From Rickettsiales bacterium (lineage in GTDB: Bacteria; Pseudomonadota; Alphaproteobacteria; Rickettsiales; JABIRX01): a DNA stretch of 64,000 bases. The position numbers were made by a program, and so were the translations under genes. Positions 30,333 through 40,400 of this stretch are shown here, in pieces. The notes under the pieces were generated by a model. That model saw only the letters and a program-made list of their open reading frames with translations, did not search any database and had not been told where the DNA came from. Position 1 is the stretch's first letter, and the number at the start of each line of letters is the position of its first letter. The stretch is from contig CBDCUE010000012.1 in the NCBI GenBank assembly GCA_965222515.1, positions 52,813 through 116,812 on the forward strand, in the 5' to 3' direction.

Positions 30333-30884
30333 CTACAAAGAAATATTTTTATATTCATTCGCTAGTTCTATATAATTGTCAGCAGATGTTTTTATATATA
30401 ACATTTCTGCTTCTGACATTTTTCTTAAGAGTTTAGCAGGGTTTCCTGCCCAAATCTCACCTCGTTTGATTGTTTTTTTGGTGGTAACTAAAGCAGCAGC
30501 TGCCACCATTCCTTCTTCTTCAATATGAGCCATATCTAAAATAATTGCCCCCATACCAATAAAAGCCAAGCTGTCTATTATACAAGCATGAATCAATGCT
30601 TTGTGACCAATAGTTACATAATCACCAATAATTGTCGGTGATTGTTCTGTGGTTTTATTTTGCAAATGTCCTGCTCTTGTAGTGTGAATTACTGTGCCAT
30701 CTTGAATGTTAGTGCCTTTACCAATAGTAACAGGAGCAACATCTCCTCTAATAACTACATTATACCAAATTCCTGTATTTTCTCCAATAGTTACATCTCC
30801 AGAAATAATAGCATTATGTGCTACAAAACAAGATTTATCAATTTTCGGCAAAATGCCATTATATTTAAGTGGTGTAAATTTCAT
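30333..30884 (-). CDS. Gamma-class carbonic anhydrase-like / hexapeptide-repeat protein (YrdA/PaaY family)
   Basis: Left-handed beta-helix repeats and 'IRGDVAPVTIGKGTNIQDGTVIH...IGHKALIHACII', typical of the family. Length is 183 aa. Confidence 0.8.
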   Translation of the reverse strand: MKFTPLKYNGILPKIDKSCFVAHNAIISGDVTIGENTGIWYNVVIRGDVAPVTIGKGTNIQDGTVIHTTRAGHLQNKTTEQSPTIIGDYVTIGHKALIHACIIDSLAFIGMGAIILDMAHIEEEGMVAAAALVTTKKTIKRGEIWAGNPAKLLRKMSEAEMLYIKTSADNYIELANEYKNISL

Positions 30885-30889
30885 TACAA

Positions 30890-31168
30890 TTATACTTCTA
30901 ATAATAACTTATTATTTTCAATATTTAAAAAATCTTTTACTACCTTATATGTTTCTGTGCTACCAAAAATCACTTCTTTAAATGTTTTGGCACTTATACA
31001 TAAAGTTCCTTTTAAATTTTGTAAAAATCTTTGGACTAACATAGCAGAATGTTCTAATTTGCCATTATTACATGAGAAGTTTAACTTATGCTGAACTAGA
31101 AAATCTACTAAATCTTGATAAGAATAAAATTTATAATCTTGTCTTTCAACATTAACGGTTACATACAT
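30890..31168 (-). CDS. Hypothetical protein
   Basis: 92-aa ORF ending 5 nt upstream of, and co-directional with, the gamma-CA-like gene. I recognise no motif. Confidence 0.4.
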   Translation of the reverse strand: MYVTVNVERQDYKFYSYQDLVDFLVQHKLNFSCNNGKLEHSAMLVQRFLQNLKGTLCISAKTFKEVIFGSTETYKVVKDFLNIENNKLLLEV

Positions 31169-31231
31169 AATATTTTTTTTAGTTTTTTAGTTTTTTAGTT
31201 TATAGTTATATCTATATTTTTCAATAATAAT

Positions 31232-32248
31232 TTAAGGATAGCTGGCTACATTATTTAATCCTGTGTTTTCTGGTAAATTAAAGGCTATGTTGAAATTTTG
31301 TACAGCTTGCCCAGAAGATCCCTTGGTTAAATTGTCTATTGCTGAAATAATTATTTTTTGATTTTTGATATTAGTGTCTAATACAGAAATTTCACAAAAA
31401 TTTGTACCTGTAACATTTCTTAATCTTGGTATGTCATTGCCTGAATTGATTTTAACAAAATGGTTGTTTTTATAAAAAATAGATAGTCTTTTTCTTAAAT
31501 CAACTACACTATATTTAGATTTTATATAAATATTAGATAAAATTCCTCTTGATGCAGATATTATTTGTGGTGTGAATTGAATGTTTTCTGATGTGATATT
31601 TAATTGTTCAATAATTTCAGCAAGATGTCTGTGGGATGTAATATTATATGGAATAATATTTTCATTTATTTCACAAAATAAATTACTTTCTATCGCTTTT
31701 CTTCCAGCACCACTAATTCCAGTTTTACTGTCTATAATAATTTCTTTTTTATTGATTAAATCCTGTATCGGAATAAGAGGTAATAATATAGAGGTAGGAT
31801 AACAGCCTGGGCAGGCTATAATTCTTTTTTCTATTATTTTTTTAGTATAAATTTCAGAAAGACCATAAGTAATTTCTTTATTATATTTTGTGTTTAAATT
31901 TTGCTTATAATATTTTTTGTATAAATCGTTGTTTTTGATACGAAAATCTGAAGATAAATCAAATATTTTTATAGTTTTTGGCAATTCATCAATTATTTTT
32001 ACAGTCTCGAAGTGAGGTAAACAAGAAAATACTACATCTATCTTAGAAAAATTTACTTCTTTGAGAGTTTTTAGTATAGGTAATGGAGCAAATTTAAAAT
32101 GATGGTAAACCTCCTTAAGCTCTTTACCTGCTTTACTGTTACCAACCAATGCTTTGATATTTATGTTGGGGTGATTAATAGTAATTTTTATTAATTCACT
32201 AGCAGTATAACCAGAACTACCAATTACTACTATATTATATTTTCTCAT
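31232..32248 (-). CDS. argC: N-acetyl-gamma-glutamyl-phosphate reductase
   Basis: N-terminal 'VVIGSSGYTASEL' and the active-site 'ACPGCYPTS'. Length is 338 aa. Confidence 0.9.
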   Translation of the reverse strand: MRKYNIVVIGSSGYTASELIKITINHPNINIKALVGNSKAGKELKEVYHHFKFAPLPILKTLKEVNFSKIDVVFSCLPHFETVKIIDELPKTIKIFDLSSDFRIKNNDLYKKYYKQNLNTKYNKEITYGLSEIYTKKIIEKRIIACPGCYPTSILLPLIPIQDLINKKEIIIDSKTGISGAGRKAIESNLFCEINENIIPYNITSHRHLAEIIEQLNITSENIQFTPQIISASRGILSNIYIKSKYSVVDLRKRLSIFYKNNHFVKINSGNDIPRLRNVTGTNFCEISVLDTNIKNQKIIISAIDNLTKGSSGQAVQNFNIAFNLPENTGLNNVASYP

Positions 32249-32254
32249 AATTTT

Positions 32255-33379
32255 TTAATTTTCTGTTATCAATATATCTTTGTTAATATCTAAATTAAGT
32301 ATCATAGCAAATGAAACAAGGGTAATTATTAACATTGTTCCTCCATATGAAATAAGGGGTAGGGGAGCTCCTACTACTGGAATTAAACCCATTACCATAG
32401 CAATATTTATAATAAAATGAAAAAATAGAAATGAAGATAAGCCAAGAGTTAATAATTTAAAGAATTGAGATTTAATCTGCAAAGAAATAAAATAGCATCT
32501 AGTGAAAATTAAAGTAAATAACATTATCATAAAAACAGAACCTACAAAACCAAACTCTTCTGCAAACATCGTGAAAATAAAATCAGTCTCACTTTCTGGT
32601 AAAAAATTTAATTGACCTTGAGTTCCTGACAAATATCCTTTTCCTAAAAAACCACCTGAACCAATTGCAATTTTTGATTGAATAATGTTGTAACCAGAAC
32701 CTAATGGATCGTGTTCTGGGTTTAAAAAAGTTAAAATTCTTTGTTGTTGATAATTTTTTAAATTACTCCATATAATAGGTATTGCCGATAATAAACCTAT
32801 GGCAAGAAAGAAAAAATTTTTAATTTGCACTCCTGATACAAAAAATATTATTAGAGAAGTCATCATTAAAATGACAGAAGTTCCTAAATCAGGCTGTTTT
32901 AGAATTAACAAAACAGGCAGTGTTACCATTATAATAGGAATGATTAAATAAAGTGGATTAGATACTTTATATATATGAACATTGTGAAAATATCTGGCTA
33001 AACCAATAATTAATGATATTTTCATTAATTCCGAAGGCTGTAAATTAAAAAAATATAAATCTACCCATCTTTTAGCTCCTAAAGCTGAAAATCCAGAATA
33101 ATTGGCATAAATTAATAAGGCTAATCCCAAAGCATAGATAAGATAAGCAGATTGATAAAATATTATGGGATTGATTGAGATAATGATAAAAATTATTGGT
33201 AAACAAACAATAAACCTTAATATTTGTGTAGAACTCCAAGGTTGTAAATTACCTCCAGCTGCTGAATAAAGCATAAAAAAACCTATAATTAATAAAGAAA
33301 TAACAAACAAAGATAAACAAAGATCTATCTGTTTACAGTTAGCAAAACTAAAAAAATTTCTTTTACTTAAATCTATCAT
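32255..33379 (-). CDS. rodA: SEDS-family peptidoglycan glycosyltransferase RodA
   Basis: 'QPSELMKI' and 'SGYNIIQSKIAIGSGGFLGKGYLSGTQGQLNFLPESETDFIF' closely follow the RodA consensus. Length is 374 aa. Confidence 0.85.
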   Translation of the reverse strand: MIDLSKRNFFSFANCKQIDLCLSLFVISLLIIGFFMLYSAAGGNLQPWSSTQILRFIVCLPIIFIIISINPIIFYQSAYLIYALGLALLIYANYSGFSALGAKRWVDLYFFNLQPSELMKISLIIGLARYFHNVHIYKVSNPLYLIIPIIMVTLPVLLILKQPDLGTSVILMMTSLIIFFVSGVQIKNFFFLAIGLLSAIPIIWSNLKNYQQQRILTFLNPEHDPLGSGYNIIQSKIAIGSGGFLGKGYLSGTQGQLNFLPESETDFIFTMFAEEFGFVGSVFMIMLFTLIFTRCYFISLQIKSQFFKLLTLGLSSFLFFHFIINIAMVMGLIPVVGAPLPLISYGGTMLIITLVSFAMILNLDINKDILITEN

Positions 33380-34179
33380 ATTCCATATATAAAAATATCA
33401 TTTTTTTCTGCATAAGCACATAATGTTTCTTTTTCTAAAACAATAACATTCGAACTATCTATGATAATCCCTTTTATATTACTTAATAATAAGTTTTTTA
33501 TAGTTTTAATCCCTATGGTAGGTAAATCAACTCTTTTATCCTGTTTATCTTTTTTTATTTTTAGTAAAAAAGCAGGTTTATTGCTGTTATCTTCAACATA
33601 ATCTCTACATCTTTTGATCAGATTATCTGTTCCTTCTTGACCTTCTATGCCTATTACTCTACCATATTGTACAATTGTTGCTTGCCCAACATCATATTTT
33701 GATAAAGTTTTAATAATATTTTGAGCAAGCTCAATATCAGTTTTTAAATTATTTTTGAATTTTATTTTATTATTGAACCCTTTTTTCAAATGAAGATTGG
33801 CAACTATTTGATTAATAGCCACAACCGTAAAATTATTTTTTTCTAAATAAGTAATGATTGTTGAAAGCAAATTATTATCACCTAAAATTTTGTTTTTTAA
33901 AATTTTAGCTAGCAATATTTTTCCCTTAAAATCAGTTTTTAGATTTTTGAAATTTGGCTTAGTAACAGCTCCAGCAATAACAATGTCTGTTACTTTATGT
34001 TGTATGAAAAAATTTATTATTTTGCTTACTTCTCCGATGCTGGCAGTTATATGCTCTTCTTCTTCTAATGAAAAACTGGCAGGAATATCAATAAAAGCAA
34101 AAACGATTTTTTCTTTGACATAGTTTTTTAAAATTTTAGGTAATTCTCCTTTGCCAGCAAGGACTCCATAAATTTTCAT
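33376..34179 (-). CDS. lpxI: UDP-2,3-diacylglucosamine pyrophosphatase LpxI (DUF1009 family)
   Basis: 267 aa, immediately downstream of lpxA. 'DVGQATIVQYGRVIGIEGQEGTDNLIKR' and 'RVDLPTIGIKT' fit LpxI. Confidence 0.75.
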   Translation of the reverse strand: MKIYGVLAGKGELPKILKNYVKEKIVFAFIDIPASFSLEEEEHITASIGEVSKIINFFIQHKVTDIVIAGAVTKPNFKNLKTDFKGKILLAKILKNKILGDNNLLSTIITYLEKNNFTVVAINQIVANLHLKKGFNNKIKFKNNLKTDIELAQNIIKTLSKYDVGQATIVQYGRVIGIEGQEGTDNLIKRCRDYVEDNSNKPAFLLKIKKDKQDKRVDLPTIGIKTIKNLLLSNIKGIIIDSSNVIVLEKETLCAYAEKNDIFIYGI

Positions 34180-34180
34180 A

Positions 34181-34996
34181 TTAGGCCCTTTTAGGTTTAC
34201 AGATTGCTTGTTTAGAATTAAAAGATAAAAAATCTGTGATTAATAAAATTGTTTTATTATCTTGGTATGTTTGAGTAATTTTATTAACTTTATCTTGAAA
34301 AACCATATCATTATTTGCAAATAAACTATCTGTTACTTTTTTAATTAAAGAAATTTCTTGCTTAGAAAAACCATTTCTTTTTAGGCCAACAATATTTATA
34401 CCAGCAAGATTAGCTCTTTCTCCCATAATTAAAGCATAAGGCAAGACATCGCTCTCTACTCCTGACATCCCTCCAATTATTGCATAATCTCCAACTCTAA
34501 TAAATTGTTTTATAGCAGATAAGCCACCAATAATAACATTATTACCAATAGATACATGACCTGCTAACACAGAATTATTAGCAATTACTATATTATTTTT
34601 TAATAAACAATCATGGGCTATATGAGTTCCTACCATAAGTAAATTATTGTTACCTATTTTTGTTAGATTTTTTATGCCAGCAGCTTCATTTCCTAAAGCA
34701 GTCCCACTATGAATTGTAACATTTTCTCTAATAATATTATTATCTCCTATTTCTACAAAAGATAATTCATCTTTTGTGAATTTTAAATCTTGAGGAACAT
34801 CTCCGATATTAGAAAAAGGATAAAATATATTGTTTTTTCCTATTTTAGTGTTTCCTGAAATAATTGTGTGAGATTTAACGATGTTATTGTCGCCAATTGT
34901 TACATTGCCAGAGATTACTGAATATGCTCCTATTTCTATATTATCTCCTAAGATAACATTATTTTCTATTATGGCTGTTTTATGGATTTTATTCAT
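34181..34996 (-). CDS. lpxA: Acyl-ACP--UDP-N-acetylglucosamine O-acyltransferase
   Basis: Hexapeptide repeats throughout, 271 aa, in the conserved lpxD-fabZ-lpxA context. Confidence 0.9.
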   Translation of the reverse strand: MNKIHKTAIIENNVILGDNIEIGAYSVISGNVTIGDNNIVKSHTIISGNTKIGKNNIFYPFSNIGDVPQDLKFTKDELSFVEIGDNNIIRENVTIHSGTALGNEAAGIKNLTKIGNNNLLMVGTHIAHDCLLKNNIVIANNSVLAGHVSIGNNVIIGGLSAIKQFIRVGDYAIIGGMSGVESDVLPYALIMGERANLAGINIVGLKRNGFSKQEISLIKKVTDSLFANNDMVFQDKVNKITQTYQDNKTILLITDFLSFNSKQAICKPKRA

Positions 34997-35454
34997 TATA
35001 CTTTATCTTTATCAAGCACCATTGCAGTAAATTTTGCTTCTGCTACAACTTTATTATCTACCAAAGCAACACCATTAAATTTCCAAACAGCCCCTCTATT
35101 TTGCACAACATTTACTTTTAAATAAAGTTGATCTCCTGGAATTACAGGTTTACGAAATTTTGCATTATCTATGGACATAAAATAAACTAATTTATCTTTG
35201 CTTTCTGTCTCATTTATAGATTTTGCAGTAAGAATTGCTGAAGTTTGAGCTAATGCTTCTACGATTAACACCCCAGGCATTACTGATTTTTTAGGAAAAT
35301 GCCCCATAAAATGTGGCTCATTAAAAGTAACATTTTTTATTCCTGTTGCTGATTTTCTAATCTCAAACTCTATTAATCTATCAACTAATAAGATTGGATA
35401 ACGATGAGGAATTAAATCTATAATGTCATTAATGTTTATTATTTCATTTGTCAT
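34996..35454 (-). CDS. fabZ: 3-hydroxyacyl-ACP dehydratase
   Basis: 'HFMGHFPKKSVMPGVLIVEALAQT' is the hot-dog dehydratase active-site region. Confidence 0.9.
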   Translation of the reverse strand: MTNEIININDIIDLIPHRYPILLVDRLIEFEIRKSATGIKNVTFNEPHFMGHFPKKSVMPGVLIVEALAQTSAILTAKSINETESKDKLVYFMSIDNAKFRKPVIPGDQLYLKVNVVQNRGAVWKFNGVALVDNKVVAEAKFTAMVLDKDKV

Positions 35455-36499
35455 TGTTTTTTTTATTAAAATATTGTTTTCTAATTTTTTTTAAGGCTAG
35501 TTTTTCTTGTTGCCATTCTTTTTTTGCAATAGCTGGCATACCATAGAAATCTCCAGAATTATCGGGAATGTTTTTAGTAACTCCTGATTGAGCAGCAAAT
35601 CTATTATAAGAACCAATTTTTATATGTCCAGCAACTCCGCTCTGTCCAGCAAAAGTTACATAATCGCCTATTTTTGTACTTCCTGCAACACCATTTTGGG
35701 CAGTGAAAATGCAGTTTTTGCCAATTTGAACATTGTGAGCAATATGGATTAAATTGTCAATCCTAGTACCAAAACCAATAACAGTATTTTCCATACTTCC
35801 TTTATCTATACCATTATTGCAACCAATTGCAACATTATTTTCAATAATAACTAAGCCTAATTGCAGAACTTTTTTAAAATTATATTTTTTGTCTACCGCA
35901 AAGCCAAAGCCATCTTGACCAATGGAATTATTATGCATAATTTCTACATTATTTTTAATGATGCTATGAGTTATTACATTATTTGCTCCAATATGGCAAT
36001 CATTACCAATTTGAACATTTTCTCCAATATAAGTTCCTGCAAATATTTTATTATTATCTCCAATGATAGCACCATCTTCTATCACAACATTATCTGCTAT
36101 GTAACAATTCTTTCCTATTTTTGCAGTGCTTGCAATAGTGGCTTTTTCAGAAATTTTATTTTCTGGTGATTTTTCTTGATAAAATAAATCTAGCAATAAA
36201 GAAAAATGATAATGAGCAGATGGGCTATATAATAAAATTGATTTATCATTATATTGCTTAGCAATATCTAAAAATTTTTCTTCAATTAAAAATGCAGATG
36301 CTTTGCTATCTTTTATTTTAGGCAAATATTTTTGATTAATTATAAAGGCAACCTCACCTTTTTGAGCATTTTCTAAATTATTTACACCAGATATAGAAAT
36401 ATCTTGTTGAAAATTTATGTTTTTTAAATTTAATATTTTAATAATTTCTGATAAATTCATTCCAAAAATTTTTTTTTGATAAAAGTTATAATTAATCAT
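35444..36499 (-). CDS. lpxD: UDP-3-O-acylglucosamine N-acyltransferase
   Basis: 351 aa with an N-terminal UDP-binding region followed by hexapeptide repeats ('IGDNNKIFAGTYIGENVQIGNDCHIGANNVI'). It lies upstream of fabZ. Confidence 0.9.
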   Translation of the reverse strand: MINYNFYQKKIFGMNLSEIIKILNLKNINFQQDISISGVNNLENAQKGEVAFIINQKYLPKIKDSKASAFLIEEKFLDIAKQYNDKSILLYSPSAHYHFSLLLDLFYQEKSPENKISEKATIASTAKIGKNCYIADNVVIEDGAIIGDNNKIFAGTYIGENVQIGNDCHIGANNVITHSIIKNNVEIMHNNSIGQDGFGFAVDKKYNFKKVLQLGLVIIENNVAIGCNNGIDKGSMENTVIGFGTRIDNLIHIAHNVQIGKNCIFTAQNGVAGSTKIGDYVTFAGQSGVAGHIKIGSYNRFAAQSGVTKNIPDNSGDFYGMPAIAKKEWQQEKLALKKIRKQYFNKKNNDK

Positions 36500-36831
36500 T
36501 GTTGTTATAAATTTGTTGTTTGGTTAAGATGTTTTTCTCGGAGCAACTGTCCACCGCTATGACGAAATTAGTAAAAAAGCCTTCAAAAGCATAATTATTA
36601 TCACATTCTGTTGGCAATAAGATTCTGCACCGAAGCAGGGGTAACGGAGAAAGGGGACCTATTTTTTTCATAATTAGAATGTTGACTAATAACCTTCCTA
36701 ATTTTGAATTAAATGATTCAAATATATTTTTGTGGTTTTTTATAGGCATTTTTTTTCATATTTATTTTAGCTAATATGGAGAATAAGTGGTTTCTATTTT
36801 TTTTAAAGTTTTTTCTCTATTTTTTCATAAT

Positions 36832-37340
36832 TAGTCGTCCCTAAAAAACTAAGAAAAATCTTGTAGAATAAGGGTTTGTTGGTATAATTTATATAGAAAA
36901 AACACAAGTTTTTTATCTATAACTTAAAAATCCTTGCAAAAATGTTACAAAAAACTTACCAAACAGGAAATGATATGGATATGTTCAGAAATGAATTAGT
37001 AAATATCATAAATATGAGACATAAACTAGTAATATTATCAAAATTGGTGGATTGGAAAAGTTTAGAAGAAAAGTTTTCATCAAAATATAGTAATATTGGA
37101 AGAGGAGGTCTTCCAATAAGATTAATGTGTGGTTTATTGATGTTAAAAGAAATAGAGAAGCAATCAGATGAAAAGATATGCGAATATTGGATAGAAATCC
37201 TTATACTATTTTAGCTTTATAATTGACCTATAGCCAAAAAGCAATTTATGCTGAGCAGATTGAAGGCTATAGGTCAATTATAAAACTAAAATAGTATAAT
37301 TTGCCATTCTAGTAAAAACACAGTTTTTTAGGGACGACTA
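36832..37340 (+). mobile_element. MITE-like internal-deletion derivative (~509 bp) of the IS5-family element
   Basis: Perfect 18-bp termini 'TAGTCGTCCCTAAAAAAC' (36832-) and 'GTTTTTTAGGGACGACTA' (-37340). It retains only the N-terminal 90 codons of orfA (36942..37214, closely similar to 7027..7497) and carries a nested palindromic repeat. Confidence 0.75.
37204..37296. repeat. Short (93 bp) copy of the palindromic MITE-like element nested inside the IS derivative
   Basis: Arms 'TACTATTTTAGCTTTATAATTGACCTATAGCC' and 'GGCTATAGGTCAATTATAAAACTAAAATAGTA'. The core 'AAAAAGCAATTTATGCTGAGCAGATTGAA' is the reverse complement of part of the 28.6-kb copy's core. Confidence 0.75.
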
Positions 37341-37356
37341 ATTAATATTATAATAT

Positions 37357-37385
37357 TTGACAGGGTTCTAAAAAAATGTTACCAT
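37357..37385 (+). promoter_or_regulatory. Candidate sigma70-type promoter with extended -10
   Basis: TTGACA (37357-37362), a 17-nt A-rich spacer ending in TGT, then TACCAT (37380-37385). It lies ~35 nt upstream of the ATG at 37419, and the same architecture occurs at 41967 and 60639. Confidence 0.5.
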
Positions 37386-37418
37386 AAGAACATAGCTATT
37401 AATTTTAAAGTGGTTTTT

Positions 37419-40400
37419 ATGGAGTCTATAACAAAAAGAATAGTGGATATGCTAGTGTCCAGAATATGTATTATATCTTTATTATTATCTTTGTCTTTGA
37501 CCGAGATATCTTTTGCTAAAGAAAAGAAAAATTCCAAAAAAACTTTTTTGGCACAAAAAAATAATAAGATAAAAAAAGCTAAGATAGAAAAAAAAGCTCA
37601 AGCAAAGTTAAAAAAGAAACAAGATAAACTAATAAAGAAAAAAGCAAAGGCAAGATTAAAAAGAATTAAAAAAATTCAGAAAGAAAGAGAAAAATTAGCA
37701 AAGAAATCTAGAAAACCAAGAAAAATAAAAAAATCCCCTCAATCAAAACAAGCTAAAGCACAAGTTAAATTAGATAAAACAAGATTGAAAAGAATTAAAC
37801 AAACTCAAAAAAAACAAGAAAGATTAGAAAAAAAATCTAAAAAAATAGCACAACTTTCTCAAATAAAAAAAACTAAAGAACAAAAAAAAATAGCTAAGAA
37901 AAGAAAAAAACAAGCAATTGATAATGTACAAACAAGAAAAGACATAGCTAATACTAGACTTATAGTTGGAAAGGAAAGAAGAAGATTAAACAAGATAGAA
38001 AAAGATATAGTGTTCAGAGAAAGAAAATTAATCAGAAAAGAAAATGCATTAGAAAAAGAAAAGATAATTTTTGCCAAGAAAAAATTAAAAACTAACAGAA
38101 AATACCCTAGACAATTCACAATAGAAAAATTAACAAAAGAGAAATATAGAATTAATATTGAATTAATAGAAATAAATAACGAATTAGTATATATAAAAAA
38201 ACAAAGAGTAGAATTAGATAAGAAAAAAATGTTTTTTGAAAAAGAAAAAAAAGATCAAAAAAAAATAATAGACAAAACATTTTTAGATAAAAAAATAGCA
38301 ATATTAGATAAAAAGAAAAAAATATTAAATGATAAAAAGAAAATCCTAGATGGACAAAAATCTTCTTTAATTAAAAATAGAAAAAAACTTGGTCAAAAGA
38401 AATTTCTTGCCAAAAAAGCTAAAATTGAAAAAAAAGAAAAGAAAATAACTAAAGCAAAAATTAAATTACTAAAAAAATATAATGAATTAGGAAAAAATAA
38501 AACTATTATAACTAAAAAAACAAAAACAGTTAAAAATAAACTAACTTTAGCAAAAGATAATTTGCAAGCAGATATAAAAGGACTAAATAGGGAAGAAAAA
38601 AGATTAAAAATAAAAAAACTAGAGATTATAAAAGAAAGAACAAAATTAAGTAAAAAGAAAGCAATAACAATCAAACAAGTGGTATTAAGTAATGCTGAGT
38701 TTAAGAAGAAATTAGCTATAATTATTCAAAAAGAAAAAAAATTAGAAAAAAAAGAACAAGAATTAGCTAAGGAAAAAAGATCTTTTAGAGATTTAGATTT
38801 AAAAAATAGTAAAAAATCACAGATTAAAAAAAAAAAAGAGAGTGTAAAAGAAATAGCAAAAATTACCAAACAAGAAATAATTTTGGATAAGAAATTAGCT
38901 CAATTAAAGAAAAAGAAAATATTTTTAAAAAAGGAAAAATTAAGCAAAAAGAAACTTTTTAAAGAAAAAAATAAATTAAAAAAAGAAGAATTAAAATTAA
39001 GAAGAGATAAAAATAAGCTAAAACAACAAAAAATTGTGATTAATCGAAAATCATTTTTAACAAAAGGACCAGAGAAAGATAGTAATAAACAAAAAAAACT
39101 AAATACAAAAAAACTTAAATTAAAACAAGAAAAAATATCTTTAATAAAACAAAAAAAATCTAGTAAATCATTTACTACAAGAAATTTTTTACAAGAAAAA
39201 TTAGCACAAGAAAAAGAAATATTATCTGCTAAGATAGTTATAATTGAACAAGAAAGAGAAAACTTGGAAAAAGATAAAGCAGATTTAAGGGAACACAGAA
39301 AATTTTTGGCATTAAATAACAAGCCTATGAATTATCACACAAGAGTTGCTAAAGAAGAAACAGCAGAGCTTTATAATAGATATGTAGGAGATATAACATA
39401 TTCTCCAAGAATTGATTGGAATTATAAAGTTGGAAACAAAAGAGATTTAACTAGAACAGAATTATTTTTACCTCTTCTTCAAGACAAAAAAAACTTAGTC
39501 TTTGCAGATATTAGAGGTTGGAGTGATGATGATAATACAGATGAAGGAAATTTGGGTTTAGGTTATAGACATTTATATAATAATAAATTTGTTTTTGGTG
39601 CTTATGGATTTTTTGACCAAAGAACTACAAAAAATAAGAATGAGTTCAAACAAAATACTTTTGGAGCAGAACTTTTAACAAAAAAATATGATTTTAGAGC
39701 TAATTATTATTTATCTGGTCAAGATAAAAAACTTATAACTAGTGCAAAACATACTAGTATATATAACACTTTAGGAGAAAGATTTTCTAATGGTGAGATA
39801 GCTATTAGTAGTAGTGAGGCAATTCTTACAGAAGAAACTGTTGTAAATTGTATTGGAGTTTGTGTAGCAGGAAATAACATATATACAAAAACAGAAAATC
39901 TTGATGTTACTGTTGCTGAGACTAGAACAATCACTAGATTTGGAGAACAATATTCATCTGATATATATGTTAATCAGCAAACTGGATCACTCAATAATTA
40001 TGAATATAGCTTAGATGGTTTTGATCTTGAAGCAGGGGCAAATTTTACTTTTTTAGAAGATATTAGTTTTTTTAAAAAATCTAAATTTTTAAAAAAAGCA
40101 AAGCCTATTTTAGAGGATATAAAAATATTGTTTGCCTATTATAGTTTTTATAATGACGATGTTAATATAGATATTAGTGGTTTTAGAGTTAGAACAGAAA
40201 TTGATTTATTAAATAATATAGAAAAAAATAACAAGCATAAATTATTTTTGGAAGCAGAATTATCTAATGATAATGTTAGAGATAATATAAGCTTTATTGG
40301 TTTTAAATATAGTTTAAATTTTGGTAATAGTAGAAAAAATAGAAAATTGTCAAAATTAGAAGAAAGAATGACAGAAGCAGTTATTAGAGATATTGATATT

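Noticed and set aside
30642-31094. ORFs 30642..31094 and 30706..30981 on the plus strand
   Set aside because: They are antisense to the well-supported gamma-CA-like gene and the 92-aa ORF. The translations are low-complexity with no motifs.
36492-36749. 85-codon minus-strand ORF upstream of and overlapping the lpxD start
   Set aside because: The translation ('...PLSPLPLLRCRILLPTECDNNYAF...') has no motif and an odd composition. I report the region as an unexplained G+C-richer patch instead.
37859-39322. Antisense ORFs 37859..38119, 38393..38674 and 38900..39322 inside giant gene A
   Set aside because: Their F/L/S/I-rich translations simply mirror the AAA/AAG/GAA-rich sense strand. They have no motifs and lie wholly inside a better-supported long ORF.
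37520-39330. Interpreting the Lys-rich domains as TolA-like or histone H1-like DNA-binding proteins
   Set aside because: Composition alone cannot support this. The regions are covalently linked to a signal peptide and an outer-membrane barrel, so I report only the architecture and leave the function open.
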